From NCBI GenBank assembly GCA_045837725.1, contig JBEWZL010000066.1, forward strand, positions 1 to 64,000: a stretch of 64,000 nucleotides of DNA, written 5' to 3'. Below the pieces are notes generated by a model. It had not been told where the DNA came from and did not search any database. It saw only the letters and a program-made list of their open reading frames with translations. Position numbers and translations under genes: made by a program. The stretch's first letter is position 1. Every line of letters starts with the position of its first letter. Of this stretch, positions 23,621 to 36,905 are shown in pieces. This DNA comes from Vermamoeba vermiformis (Eukaryota).

Positions 23621-25636
23621 ATGGCTCAGTTTTCTTCCCGTGTTGAAGTTAGCGGAGATCCGACTCTCGCTGCGAATATGATGGGCGATATGAATATGGG
23701 AATGAACATGAACATGAATATGAATATGGGCATGCCCGGAATGACTGCTCAGGTGAGTAAAAAAGAAGATCGCGGCTCGATCGAAACCAAATCCAAAGTT
23801 GTCGATCGCTTTAACTTACATGTTGGTATGTATAGGTCACTGGCACTGATGGTCAACACGTAAATATGTCTGTTGGAATGCCCGGTATGCCTGGCATGAG
23901 CGTCACCTCCAACGTCTCAGATTCAAGCGCTAATGTAAGTCCAATTTCCTAATCATATTTTTTGCAATTATAATTTGGTCACGGTCATGATATTATTTTG
24001 CAATTAGCTCCATATTGAATTCAAAACTATATTTCGGTCCTGTCATAATTTCATTTAGAGTCACATTATTGTCAATTCGTTGAGTTTAATTGCCATTGTT
24101 ATATTCGATTATTATACACTTATGATCTCGACTAAATACATCAAAATGTTAATTAATGAATTCAATCTGTCAGATGGCGATTAAAATGGACAACCAAACG
24201 ATGCACATGAACATGCAAATGCCACAAATGCACATCGATATGCAACAGCCACAAATGCACGTGTCTATGCAAACGCCACAAGTTCAAGCCCAGATGCCGC
24301 AAGCACAGGCCCAAATCCAGGTCCCACAACCTCAAATGCACGTTCAAATGGGCGCGCCTATGCCTCAAGCACATATGCAAATGCAGATGCCTCCTCAGCC
24401 TCAAGTCCAGGTTCAAATGCCTATGCCGCAAGTTCACATGCAGATGCAGGGCCCTCCCCAACCGCAGCCACAAATGCAAGTTCAAATGAATATGCCGCCC
24501 ATGCCTCAAATGCAAATGCAAATGCCACAGCCGATGGCCGCTCCTCAGCCCGTGTTTGGCGTTGATTTTGTCATTCGTGTCTCGGAGCCACACATGGTTG
24601 GAGAGCCTCCAGAGCAACGCACCGAGTACTACTTCACATTGAGCACGAACATGGCTGAGTGGGGCATTTACCCCGCACACCGCGTCTCGAAGAGATACAA
24701 CGAGGTCAAAGAGTTCTACGACCGCATGACTTCCAAGTTTGGCAGCAGATTCCCCGCCTTCCCTGAAAAGACTTTCTTCGGCAGGTACGTGCAAACTCTA
24801 GCCATCGGCAAGTACTAACAAATTGCATGCAGATTTAAAAGCGATATTGTTAATGCACGCCTGAACGCATTCCAAAAGGTACGAGTTGACACGTGTATTA
24901 GTGGCACTTCACACGACTAACGTTAGCTTTATTTCACTAGATGATGGATGTCGTTTGTTCTGACGCTCAAATGCGTGTGCACCAATACGTTAAAGACTTT
25001 TTCTTTGCTACTCCTAAGCCAGCTGTCATGCACAAACCTGTCACCGTGCACACAGTCGCCACAGTTCACACACAACCCCGTCAACACGTTGTACACGTTG
25101 CACCTAACGCTCACATTACACATCATCATACCCACCCTCACCACGCCAATGTGCACGTGCACCATCACACCACAACTCACCACGTGACCACTCATCACAA
25201 GCCAATGAAACAAAAGAAGCAAGCTCCGCTCAATCAATCGTGGAGATTTGAGAACGGATTCATCGTGTCGCAAATGAACGGTCTGGTTTTGGACATTAAA
25301 GGTGCCAGTCGTGATGCAGGAGCGGAAGTCTGCATGTGGCACCGAAAGAACAGTGACAACGCCAATCAAAAGTGGCGATACGAGAATGGATATTTTGTCA
25401 GCCAATTGAGCGGCCTCGTGTTGGACATCAAGGGTGGATCAAACGCACCTGGCGCCAAATTGTGCTTGTGGCAACGAAAGTTTGGATCTGATGCTGAGAA
25501 CCAGAAATGGAAGCTGAGCAAGGGAGGCTTTATTGTTAGCAAAGTTAAAGCTAATAATGGCGGCAAGTTAGTGCTGGATATTGCTGGTGAAAACAGAGAG
25601 CCTGGTGCTGAAGTTATTGTTTGGACTAAGAAATAA
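23621..25636 (+). CDS. M/Q/P-rich N-terminus + PX domain + His-rich linker + ricin-B lectin domain protein
   Basis: PX motifs VSKRYNEV, FPAFPEKTFFGRF, RLNAFQK; ricin repeats GLVLDIKG..NQKW. Confidence 0.85.
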
Positions 25637-25931
25637 TTGTAGAATAAACCATGCGCTAGTATTTATTTTAAAATCATAAAGTCGTCTTTATTGATTATTT
25701 GCCCTTGACAGTTACACGGGAAACATCGTTAACTGGTCTCGGATTCGAGGTCTAGTAAAACATTCAGCACGTATCTCGACAATTTAGAACCATCGTTTGA
25801 ATTGGCAATTCTGTTGTGCTTCACTTTATTAACGTGTTGGCGTCCATCATTTTTCAAACCATCGCCCTACTGAACTAATCCCTCTTTCAGCCAACGGTTT
25901 TTATGCGTTCTAACAAGCAGCTCAGCAGAAC

Positions 25932-27705
25932 TTAAAGTGGTTTCTTCGCAGTAAAAAACGCGCAATTGTACAAGGTGTTTTGCATGGATCGTTTGTTGCC
26001 AGTGTACATCGTAGAAATCAATTCTTCGTGCTAAAGTAGCATCGTTGTTAGTGAGTGTTCTTCTAATAAGCTCGGTTGTCTGGTCATTACCTCTATCTTG
26101 AATCCGTGCGCTTTTGCGACTCGAATAATTTGTTCTAGCGTGAGTTCTATCGACATTTCTTTTGGATTGCCAGAAAAATGATATAATAGTGGTCCTATAA
26201 TGCACGTTAAGTCCAGATTCGACAAACACAGGGCAGATCAGATCCACGTACCAAAATTGACCCAAACACCGCCAGGCTTCAACATGCCCCATATGGCCTC
26301 GATATATTCAATTACATTAACAGCCGTGTCGATAAAGAAGCAAGTGCAAACCGCATCCCAGCTCTCTGTACATACGGATTAATGGTTAGCGCTGAGTTTG
26401 ACCAAAGTTTGACCAGCAGCAGTACGCACCTTTTTGAGGTTTATAAGTCGCTAAGAATTCTCCCGCGTTTTCAGTTAAGATTGCTTCTTTTGGCAGATCT
26501 CTCGGATTGACATCCGGGAACGTCACTTCGAAAATTTGGTCGTCAAAACTGACGGTGTTGGTGTATTGTTGAATATAAGGGTGGATTTTAAACTCGTTGG
26601 CTCGTTGCGTCTTATTTCGAAGAAATTTCGTTGTCAAAATCATTGGCGTTGAATATTCATTCGCTTCAGTAGCATAGCCTAATATAGAAATAGAATTTCC
26701 TATTTAGTACATCACTTATATAGTACTGCCATAATAATATACTGACCTGCTTTGCAAATTTCCCAAGATAATCTTCCAAGACCAGATCCAGGGCACAAAA
26801 CTTTGTATTTGTAGTTCGTCTCGTCAGTGATTGGCAAGTGTTTTAAAAGATGTTCAATGATTGGTTGAAAAGTGGAATTTCGTTCCTCTTTGCCGTCATC
26901 GGACCACTCTCGCGCTATTTGTTTTAATGTCACTCGAACTCGATCCAAATGAAAATCCGCGGATGGGTTCGCTAAAAATTGTAACTAACATCGTATTAAT
27001 ATATTATATTAATATAAGAGTCTATATTACTTACAAATCCGTCATTCTCGGCTTTTTCGTCTTCTACAACACGTTTCAAAAACACAGCGTTAACCATTGT
27101 ACAGTCTCTTAACGTTTTAGCGCGGGATAATTGATCGGGAATGAAACTATATATGGTTAATAAGAGTATTAGAGAAGAATAAAGTTTTGGTTACATTTTG
27201 TAAGCATCCGGCAGCATTTTGAAGTCGCGTTCCAGTTTCTCGATGCCTTTGAATACGTAGAGTGAATAGCACATAAAAGATTGCACTATATTATTATGTT
27301 GCTCTTTTTCATCTCTTGCTGCACGTTCTTGTGGGCTCACTGCAAAAAGTCATGTATTAAGAATATTATTATTATCGGATTTGACATCCAACGTAGGCTA
27401 AAAATTCAATTGTAGTCTATAAATATAGTCTACAATATTTTAGTCGTTACAGTCGAATATTGAACGTAAACAGAAATGTTGGAGATTTTTAAATCAATTT
27501 CTAAAAAAAATTGCAGTTGGATCTGAGCTTTGACCAACTTGACACGTGCTGAGTATAACTTACAAATAGGTCCTGTCGATTGTGGAGGTGGTTGACCATG
27601 TCCAAAGCAAGGAACGCCGTTATGAGAATGCATGAATGGTGGATTCAGTGGCTGCTTTGCATTGCCGTGACTATGACCGCCATTCGGATGAGGGTTAGGA
27701 TACAT
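25932..27705 (-). CDS. CARNMT1: Carnosine N-methyltransferase-like (N2227 family)
   Basis: [50 protein letters not shown]...YNCAFFTA. Confidence 0.9.
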
Positions 27706-27851
27706 ATTAAAACTTATTATTCAACAGTGGTATTGGTGCCAGTTTTTCTAGAAAAAAACTAGTTCGCGAACGAATCAACATCAAATTTATTAGGCGGCGT
27801 GCTAATTTTAATTTAAATGTTTATTTACAATTACTGAACACAAAATTTAAT

Positions 27852-29725
27852 TTAGTTTTTCATGATTTGGCCGTCAGACTCCTTCTTTGAGGGCGACCAA
27901 TCATTGCCAACATCCTTTTGAACTTCAACGGGGTGAGTTCGATCGACTTCAGGACCGACGCGCTCGCCGCTCATTTCAGATTGTTTAGGCTTAGACTCCA
28001 TAGTCTGGCTGACCTTGGTCTTAGTCTCGTCGATCTTCTCGGATGCGTTGTCCTTGGCGCGAGAAACAGCTTCAGAAACCTTTTCTTTGACGGTCTCGTA
28101 CATCTCGCCAGCCTTTTCCTTGGCAATGGAAGCGTATTCTACTGTCTTTTCTTTAGCGACTTCACCGGCTTTGCTAGCTGAATACGACGGTAACGTTAAT
28201 AAATTGTTTTAGGAATGCTAGAGTTAATTTAGGTAATTACCTTTGTCGGCAAGAACTTCCTTAGCCTTGCCCAAGATATCACCAGCCTTGTCCTTGATCA
28301 CAACAAAGGCTTCAGCGGCCTTCTCCTTGGCGGCTTCAGCGTATTCTCCAGCCTTTTCCTTGGCCACGGCACCGAGATCAGCAGCCTTCTCCTTGGCAAC
28401 GTTAGCATACTCAGCGGCCTTCTCCTTAGCGGCTTCAGTGTACTCAGCGGCCTTTTCTTTGGCGACAGTACCGACGTCAGCGGCCTTGTCCTTGGCAACT
28501 TCAACGTAGTCAGCAGCCTTGTCCTTGGCAGCAGCACCGAGGTCTTGAGCCTTCTCTTTGGCGGCTTCAGTGTACTCTCCAGCCTTCTCTTTCACGGTCT
28601 CAAAGGCGTTGGCAGCCTTGTCCTTGGCAGCGGCACCGAGATCTTGAGCCTTGTCCTTAGCGACTTCAGCGTATTCTCCGGCCTTCTCCTTGGCAGCAGC
28701 ACCGAGGTCAGTTGCGCCTTGTCCTTGGCGGTTTCAAAAGCATTGGCAGCCTTGTCCTTAGCAGCGGCACCGAGGTCTTGAGCCTTGTCCTTGGCAACTT
28801 CGGCGTAGTCAGCAGCCTTGTCCTTAACTGTCTCGTAGGCGTTGGCGGCCTTGTCCTTGGCGGCGGCACCGAGGTCCTGAGCCTTGTCTTTAGCAGCGGC
28901 ACCGAGATCTTGGGCCTTGTCTTTGGCAACTTCATAAGCATACGAAGCACTGCTGGTGGCCTTGGCACCGAGATCTTGAGCTTTGTCCTTCACGGTTTCT
29001 TTGGCATCAGCGGCCTTATCTTTAGCATTCTCATAAGCGTTTCTAGCCTTAGCCTTGACGTCTTCAGTCTTGTTCGCGACCTTTTGCTCCAAGTCGCGCA
29101 TGCCCTTGGCTTGTTCGCGCATGTTCTCGCTGGCTTGCTTCTTCGCACCTTCCATCACGTCTTCAGCCTTCTCCTTGACCCACTCTTTAGCATCGCTCAT
29201 CTTCTCCTTGACGGTCTCGACGGACTCTGAGGCCTTGTTCTTGACGGTCTTCATTGTGTCGCTAGGGTTGTTGTACGCATCTGCGATCTTGTCACCGGCA
29301 CGAGCGGCTGTGGCTTTAGTGGCTTCCTTGGCACGGCGACCAATATCGCTGGCAGCGGTCTTCAAGTCAGAGGCGGCTTGTTTGGCATCGCTCTTGACTT
29401 CGTTGATCTTGCCCTTGGCTTGATCGGCCTTCTCGTAAGCGAAATCCACAATGTCGTCTGTGCCATCAGTCCAAGCAGTGTTCTTTGATTTGCGAACGGA
29501 GTCTTCGAGGTCGTTGGTGTATTGCTTGTTGTTTCTGGTTTCAGGGAAGATCTCTTTGTTGTTGTTCTTCAAAGGTGAAGATCCTTTCGTGTCGTTGCCC
29601 TTGGGAGCGCTGATCGAGTAGTTGCGAGCAAAAATTGACGAAGCTACTGTGGTGCGAGTAGTTCTGGACGATGAAGCAAGGACCAACTTGCTAATATTGC
29701 GTCTAGAAATGTTAATAAAGCTCAT
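27852..29725 (-). CDS. Group 3-like LEA protein with 11-mer repeats and a probable mitochondrial presequence; apparent frameshift near 28710
   Basis: AKDKAQDLGAA/AKEKAAEYAEA 11-mers; Arg/Ser-rich N-terminus lacking acidic residues; frame changes between ORFs 28592..29725 and 28224..28595. Confidence 0.85.
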
Positions 29726-30585
29726 CTTGGTTGTCTTGTGTTTGTTGATTTCAAAAAAATTGTTGAATTAATGTCGTTTAACTTGGCTATTTAAACTTGC
29801 CGGTACAAGCACGACATGCGACAAAAAATAATTTTGCTTGAATAAAAAACGAAATCTGGGTGAAAAATGCTTGGGAGTCGAATTCATACGATTTTTCTAT
29901 TGTTTTCCATTATGGCGTGATTTTTAAATCTTATTATTGCCGTACCTTAATTATTGAGATAATTCTGCAATTTCTGAACGAGCGGATGCCACCTTTGTTC
30001 GTTTTCATTTGGCACGCTTTGTTATCGTCGGTAAGCACAACATTGAGAATATGCTGTTAACAGTTACACGGAATTATGAAGTTGTCGTGCTCCTGCTTCT
30101 ACAAAAAATATTATGTTCAGAAAGATTTGATTTTTTCACTGCCCTTTGAGAGATTGACAACAGTTGTCTTACCCTCGCCCATTATCTTCATGACTTGATC
30201 GAACCTCGTGGCAATTATTAATATATTGTGCGAGTTCGCTAACCCCCTAACCCCCTCCGCTTCGAATCTGATCGACCGATTAGCCAAGGACTCTATCAGC
30301 GCATGCAAGGACCTCCGCTTACCTTCAGTTACCTAACAGATCATGGAGAAAAACGCCCGAGGTAATTAATCTTAAACAATTAGCGAAATTAGTTATGGCG
30401 CCTCATTTGCACTTAATCAAAATTATAAAATTCTGTTACACGGAAATACAATACACGCTAACATAATCTACGCGATATTCGACTTAACTGAAATTTGAGC
30501 GAATTTGCAAACTGAATCCGATCGGATCTGGACCAGATCGAAATGCTGAAATAGTCTTAACGAATTACTTGCTACAGACACGAAT

Positions 30586-33317
30586 ATGACGGTGTATTCC
30601 GCAAAGCCAGTAACAGAATGGACTATTGAGGAAGTGGCTGGATGGGCACGAGACGTGTTGAAGTTTGACGAAAAGAGCGCCAGTATTCTGATCGAGCGAG
30701 CGCTGAACGGGAAACGCCTTCTAATTTATGGATCAAAAGGCGAGGATATCTTGCTTTCCGATTTTGAAAATGCCCTTCCAAAACCGGTGCTTCGAGAATT
30801 GTGGGCTGAGATCGAAAAACTGAAGTCTCCTAGCGACACCAGGTATGTAATTGCAGGCTTATTCCCAAATTGTCAATTTACTAAAACGTAGCTTCGAATC
30901 AGAAAAACGCCCTAAATCCGCAATCTAACTTATTATAAATTGCACTTTTTTGCGAAATCGATACGCGTACAAATGGCTCACCACCGTTTTACAGATCAAT
31001 TACGAGTCAGAGAAGAGTTTTTTCAAGCGCAGTTATCTCGAGCTCGACAACGAGAATTGTCAGAGGTTAGTAGAATTTTGATTTCATTCAAATGGTCCTG
31101 CTCAACCAAAAATCTAATTACTTCACAGCCAATTTCGCGCTATATTGCAAGCAAAGTAGGGGCGTCTTTCCCATTTGTTGGTCGAGAAGAGTTGCTCAAT
31201 TCACTTCGAAAAGAGATTCAAGAAGATTATCAAATTCATTTGCGAGCGATTGAAGAAATGCGTAAAAATAGTGAAACAAGATTTGGAGACAAATTAATCT
31301 CGTTTAAATTTTGTTATGGTGCTCCAGGTATTGGCAAGACACGTAGTCTTTATGAACTGATGCAAAGTATTATCACTAGCAGTAAGTTTTTGTACTTTTA
31401 GTGCATGTTTCTCTCGACTAACTGATGAGCAGATCCAATTCCACAAATCAAGAAATGGCACACAATATTTATTCCATTCACAAACGCCTTCAGTATCATA
31501 CATTATGACAAACTTTGGCCAGCAGACACCATGTTTGCAGCACGGATGATAAAATCTGAGCTGTTTGGCGGAAGAAAGAGTTTAGGTGATTACTGTTTGG
31601 AGCTGCACCAAGGTGGAACCTATCCACTAGTGAATTTACAACTTGCTATTGAGTTGATCTCCAAAGTATATGATTTAGACAATGAATGTGGCATTCTTTT
31701 GATCATTGATGAGATTAACAAGGTAACAGTTGTGAGTTGATATAAGTTGCCTTGCTAACCTACATTGCAGTGCTTTGAAAGAGAATTGCCAAGTGATTAT
31801 GTCAAATGTTTGCTAACAGGATTGGCAAAGGTTAAGTCTGCTGACTTGCCTTACATCTTGCCAATCTTCTCAGGAACCTCGTACGTTGGTTTTTCAAGCG
31901 AAGTTAAGGCTGCAAACTTTACCTTAAAGGAGTTTCCTCTTGATTTACTCTCAGAAGCAAATGTTGTTGCAATGGTTGAGAATCTCATACCTGCTTATTG
32001 TGAATCAGCTGCATTCATGCAAGTACTACGAGATTGTGGTGGCCTCCCTCGCTTTATTCAATTTGCGTGTGAAAAAGCAATAGAATATCATCAAGACCAT
32101 AAAGACATTCCAATGGAAGAGTGGGATTGGCCTTATTTTCAAGACACTTGCATTGATGAAATTCACTCAACCTACCATATAATAGCTTCAGAAGCATTGA
32201 TTGATTGCCTGCTTGGCATGCAAATTGAACGACAAAACTTTGTTGGCAACCAAACATGGGGGCAGTTGGAAATGAGTGGAGCTGTTGTGATAGTCAACAA
32301 AGTGCCTGTTGTTCCCTATTTGGCCTTGCTCAACTTTGTTCGAAAAACTCCAGACCACTATTTAACCCGTTTATCAGTCTGGCCAATGGTTAAGGCACCT
32401 ACAGGAATTGAAAAATGTTTCGTTTGGCAAGATTGGGAGCACTTCAATATGGAGTTTGCTGTTATGAAACTGAAGCTATTGTTTGCACAAAACTCAGGTT
32501 TGTCCTTAATTTCAATCTAATTTTGACTCTAATTGTTTGCCAGAGTCTGCTATTGCTTTAAATCTATTCCTACCCCATACTGTGAAGTGTCATGCTGCCG
32601 TAACTCAAGTGATTGACAGTCTTTTCATTGTTAAATGTGATCCAATATACATTGAGTCACAACATCAAATTGGTCCAAACAACAAGCTTTTCAAACTTGC
32701 ACTTGGTGAGGAAATCACTTTCCCCATTACTGGCCAGAGCATCAAAAATGGTGTTGGAGCTGGAATATTGGTGCTTGAAATCATCACAGATTCTGATAAG
32801 AAACCACAACTCCTGTTGCTGTTGTACTCATTGAAATGGAGAGAGGCTACAACAAATGATGAAATTCCACTGGATTTAGACACCATTAATGAGGAGGTTG
32901 ACAATATGAAGACATGTTACAATTATTTGGATGCTAGGAAATTCTACATAATTTGCACTGGCAAGCCTTGTCATGTTGCAAATTGTGACTTGCCAGAAGA
33001 CACAATCGTGATTTGCAATCAGACTTTTGCAGCCTACTTTGGTCCAACATTTAAATCACGAGCAGTGTTTGCTAGTGGTACGATTAGCTGTATACTAGCC
33101 AACAAAATCAACTAACTCTTTGACAGTCTCTCCTCGTCAAAACCCAAACACAATGAATCCACATGAGCTGCTTGGTGTTGGCCCTGCAAGTGCCAAAAAG
33201 ATCATTGAACATCGAAAGAGAACTCCATTCAAGGATGTGACTGATGTCCTGCCATTTACACCAAAGAGGTATCATCGTTCTATTGCTCCACAACTTAAAT
33301 TTGATGACGAGAAATGA
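30586..33317 (+). CDS. Crinkler/RHS-type (CR) effector-like protein: SAM-like header, P-loop NTPase, putative REase-fold region, C-terminal HhH
   Basis: EWTIEEVAGW (SAM-like); FPFVGRE; Walker A GAPGIGKT; Walker B LLIIDE; LLGVGPASAKKIIEHRKRTPFKDVTDV (ComEA-type HhH). The REase assignment is by architecture only. Confidence 0.75.
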
Positions 33318-33673
33318 ATTTTTTTTTGGTTGGGGAATTTTCAGGTTAAAGGAACATCGGCAAATGTACAAATTAAATCAATATGTTTGCCCGGCTCTAA
33401 TAAAGCTGTGAAAATTTTAATTTTTACTCGATAATGTCAGCGATTCTTTTTACGGTCAAGGAATGCTAACGGAGCTCAATAAAATAACGTAAAACCTTGC
33501 ACAAGTTAGTCAGTTGTAGCAATAGCGTTAACATGAGTGCTGAATGTATTCCGGCGATAAACCGGGACCACCTGAGCTTTCGGTTCGCGACACTAAAAAT
33601 AGATTTAAAATTTAGCGGCGTTTTCAATCTTTACTTATCGTTAAACTGTCTTCAACAGCACACGGACTTTACA

Positions 33674-34710
33674 ATGATGCTCAAGCTTGCCGTTGTTCTT
33701 TTCGCTCTCTTTACAGTCTCTCAAGCTGGCTACGCAGTCTTCAATACTTTTGCGACTACCGATTCTTATTGCAATGGCACTGTAATTGCAAGTTTTATTG
33801 TAAGCGAATCACGTTTATACATTTATTTAAGTTTTTGAAAAATTTATAAAAAAATTCGATTGTTAACGACGGGCCAACTTCGATTCGAAATGCAAACTAA
33901 ATTAACTCTGCTATTAGTATATAAAATGATTATGACTAAATTTTTCACTGATAATTTAATTAATATTTTTAGACCACGAATCCAACTGCTTGCGCTAATA
34001 TTGCAAAGCGTTCACTGCAGCAGGGCACCACATGCTTTTCGAAGATCAATTCGGTCAATTTCCGAATTGACTTTTTCTGTGACGCCACGGACAGTCCTTC
34101 TTTTCCCGAAGGCTGGCAAAGCGTTCAATTGACTGCCGACTCCAATTGCAATGCTACTGCTGGCAATGCCACCTACTTCGGAGGTAATTAATCAATTAAT
34201 ATCGCTGAACAACGAATTATTTAACGGCTAGATCCGCTCGATCACCAAAGTTGTGAATCGCTTACTGACAATTTTGAAACTTTTTTAACAGCTCCGACTG
34301 CACTCACCAACACCATGATAGTGATATGGTATCAAGATAATTTTATGACCGCCAATACTTCCTTGAACTGCGGTGCGGATGGAGTTCAAACAATGTCTGC
34401 GTGCATTGATGGTGGTCTCTGCATTAATTTAAGTTTGCCGGCGTATATGTGCACTATGGATGCGTTGAATATGAACTACGGCCGGCAACAAACTTGTCTC
34501 GCTCCTCCTGGTAAGCTCGATCGAAAAGAGATCCAACGCTAAGATCCGTTAATAATTCTGATTATATTTATAGTGGCTCCTGTCGCTGCTCCTGTCGCCC
34601 CCGTAGCTGCGCCAATCAAGGCCCCTGTTAAAGCACCAGCCAAGGCTAGCTCGGCCTCCGTTATTTTCGCCTCTTCTGCTATTCTCTTGTCACTCGTTGC
34701 TTTGATTTAA
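33674..34710 (+). CDS. Cys-rich secreted, probably GPI-anchored surface protein
   Basis: Signal peptide; AP-rich stalk (APVAAPVAP); ends SSASVIFASSAILLSLVALI*. Confidence 0.75.
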
Positions 34711-35430
34711 TATCAGAAAAATAAAGCGTCAAATTATTGCTCGAAGTGTACACTGGGTATTTGTTGCAGGTCTCACCTGATCCGTGCCTACGAAGCTGGT
34801 CGAGCGGCAAATTAATAGTCGCCACTATCATTGCTTTCACAATTGTTCCATACTGACGTGTAACCGGCAAGATTAACCTATTTAATAAGGAGCCGTACCT
34901 TGTGTTCGTATTAATTAACTTAATAAAAATATCGATGCGGCGATTACGGCATAATTAGTACTTGTAGGTCATTAGAGCCCTTGTGAGCCAATTGACAATA
35001 ACATGATTTCACTGGAGCAAAAAAGAATAAAAGGATAACTCATTTAAACAAGTGTCAAACGATGCTGTCATTCAGTCACGTGAGAACCAAAATCTCCGGT
35101 TAGCGGCGTACTTTGTATTGATTGCAACGCATTTTATATATCAAACGGAATTTAGCAATTACTTACTCTCGCAGGAAATCAATTGAAAGCGATTAATTTT
35201 CAAAATATACGTCTTGTTGTCATTGTGAGCTTAAACCTGAGCTCGTGTTTACTTCAATCACCCTTATTATAATAGCATGTCCTAACAGAAGTAGGTACTT
35301 CGCCTTTATTAATCAATTCAAAAGTGTGACACGGTGGACAGTAGACAAAAATCTGACCAGGGCTTGTGCACGAAGGCGGCTCAAAAACCCGCTCATTGTA
35401 GGTTTTGTCATTTACTTTCAACCAGTCGCA

Positions 35431-36905
35431 ATGAACAACAAGGCTATTGTCATTGTTTTTTTAGGCCTGTTGGCCGTGAGTCAAGTTTATGCTCACAAAT
35501 GTGGTACCCCAGCACCTCCCCGTGGCAACGGCGCCTCCAAAACGCAAGCTGAAACTTGCTTTAGCAGCAACCCTTGCGATACTGCCAGCGTTAGTCTCCC
35601 ATTCAAATCCAGGGTACGGGGTTTAATTTGAAGGATACGCGAGGGTTGGAAACATCCTCGACCCGACGAATGGAGCCCGAAGTGGGATTCCGGGCACCTG
35701 GGGAATAGTTAATATAAATATACCCGCTTAGAGTTATTAGCAATACTCACCTCACCAACTATTAGATCTCGCATCCGCGACAGCGTCAGATTTCAGTTTT
35801 TGATCCTAACGTTTTCTTTCATGTCAGAGATACTTACATCAAAACCGATACCTCCGCCTTGCTTACTATGAGAGTAAATTCCATTTACTTCGGTAACTTG
35901 AACGATTCAACCGCCAAGGAGAACTACGACAAAAATGTAAGTTAACTTTAATCTTTAAAAGGTCAAAAATGTAATATGTCATCAATCTTACTCAATTGCT
36001 TACTTATAGAACGAATTCTTCGTTGCCAAGTACAAGGAGTTGTTGGGCATTAACGTCGTTATTGAGACTAAAGAAGTAACGGATGAGTACCAAACTGTTG
36101 ACGCCGCCGATAAAGCTACTCACCTTGCTATGGCTCAAAAATACTATCGAGAGGGTTGGATGACTACTATGTACTCTAACTTCGATCCTAATGCCGAAAG
36201 TCTTCTTGGTTACGCATCTGGTTTTCCGAACGAATTGCCCGCCTCCCTCAAGGACTGGTACACCATTATGGGCATTCATGGCCTTGGTCCTGCTGGTACC
36301 ACCATCCACCACGAAGTCGGCCATATGCTAGGTAATCACCAGCAACATTTCTACATCCGTCAAATTTCATTTCGGCTCTTTTCGCAATTAGAACGGTAAT
36401 TAATACTATTGATAGGTTTATATCATACCTTCATTGAACAATGCGACAGTTGTGCTGAAGGAGTCAACTCTCCGGATCGCAACGTCGTTGGTGATCTGTG
36501 TAACGATACTTTGGCCGTTCAAAACGAATCCAATTGCAACGGAACCTTGACCAAGCGTAGGAATATATCTAAAAATATAGTATATTAAATGATACTAATA
36601 ATTACCATTTAGCCAATGATTGCACTGACGCTCCTTTCGGCGATTACGCTGCATTGCCTTTGAACAATTACATGGCTTACACTGACGATGCCTGCCAAAC
36701 ACTGGGCTTCACTCCTCAACAATCCGGTCGCGCTCGCTGCTACTTGAGCACCACTATTTCTTTCTTGAATCCGGACGGCGCTCCTGTTTCTTCTCCCGTT
36801 GCCTCCAACACTCCTACTACGACTCCTGCTGGCAAGACTGTTTCATCTGCCACTCATCTCAGCGTGGCAACTGTTGCTTTGACTGCCGTTGCTCTTGCTT
36901 TCTAA
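35431..36905 (+). CDS. M43 (ulilysin/pappalysin-like) zinc metalloprotease, probably GPI-anchored
   Basis: Signal peptide; HKCGT cysteine switch; HEVGHMLGLYH across an intron; Met-turn NYMAYTDD; FTPQQ; hydrophobic tail. Confidence 0.88.

Noticed and set aside
24162-25405. Antisense His/Leu-rich ORFs
   Set aside because: Shadows of the low-complexity plus-strand gene.
28243-29423. Plus-strand ORFs over the LEA gene
   Set aside because: Antisense shadows of a repetitive, codon-biased CDS.
30117-30345. Short minus-strand ORF
   Set aside because: No recognisable motif; cannot be supported as a gene.
35595-35706. HDV-like ribozyme or tRNA-Sec
   Set aside because: Partial look-alike motifs (CGAATGG, CTTCAAA, GCCCGGA..TTCGGGC), but the P1.1/L3 elements and cloverleaf spacing do not fit.
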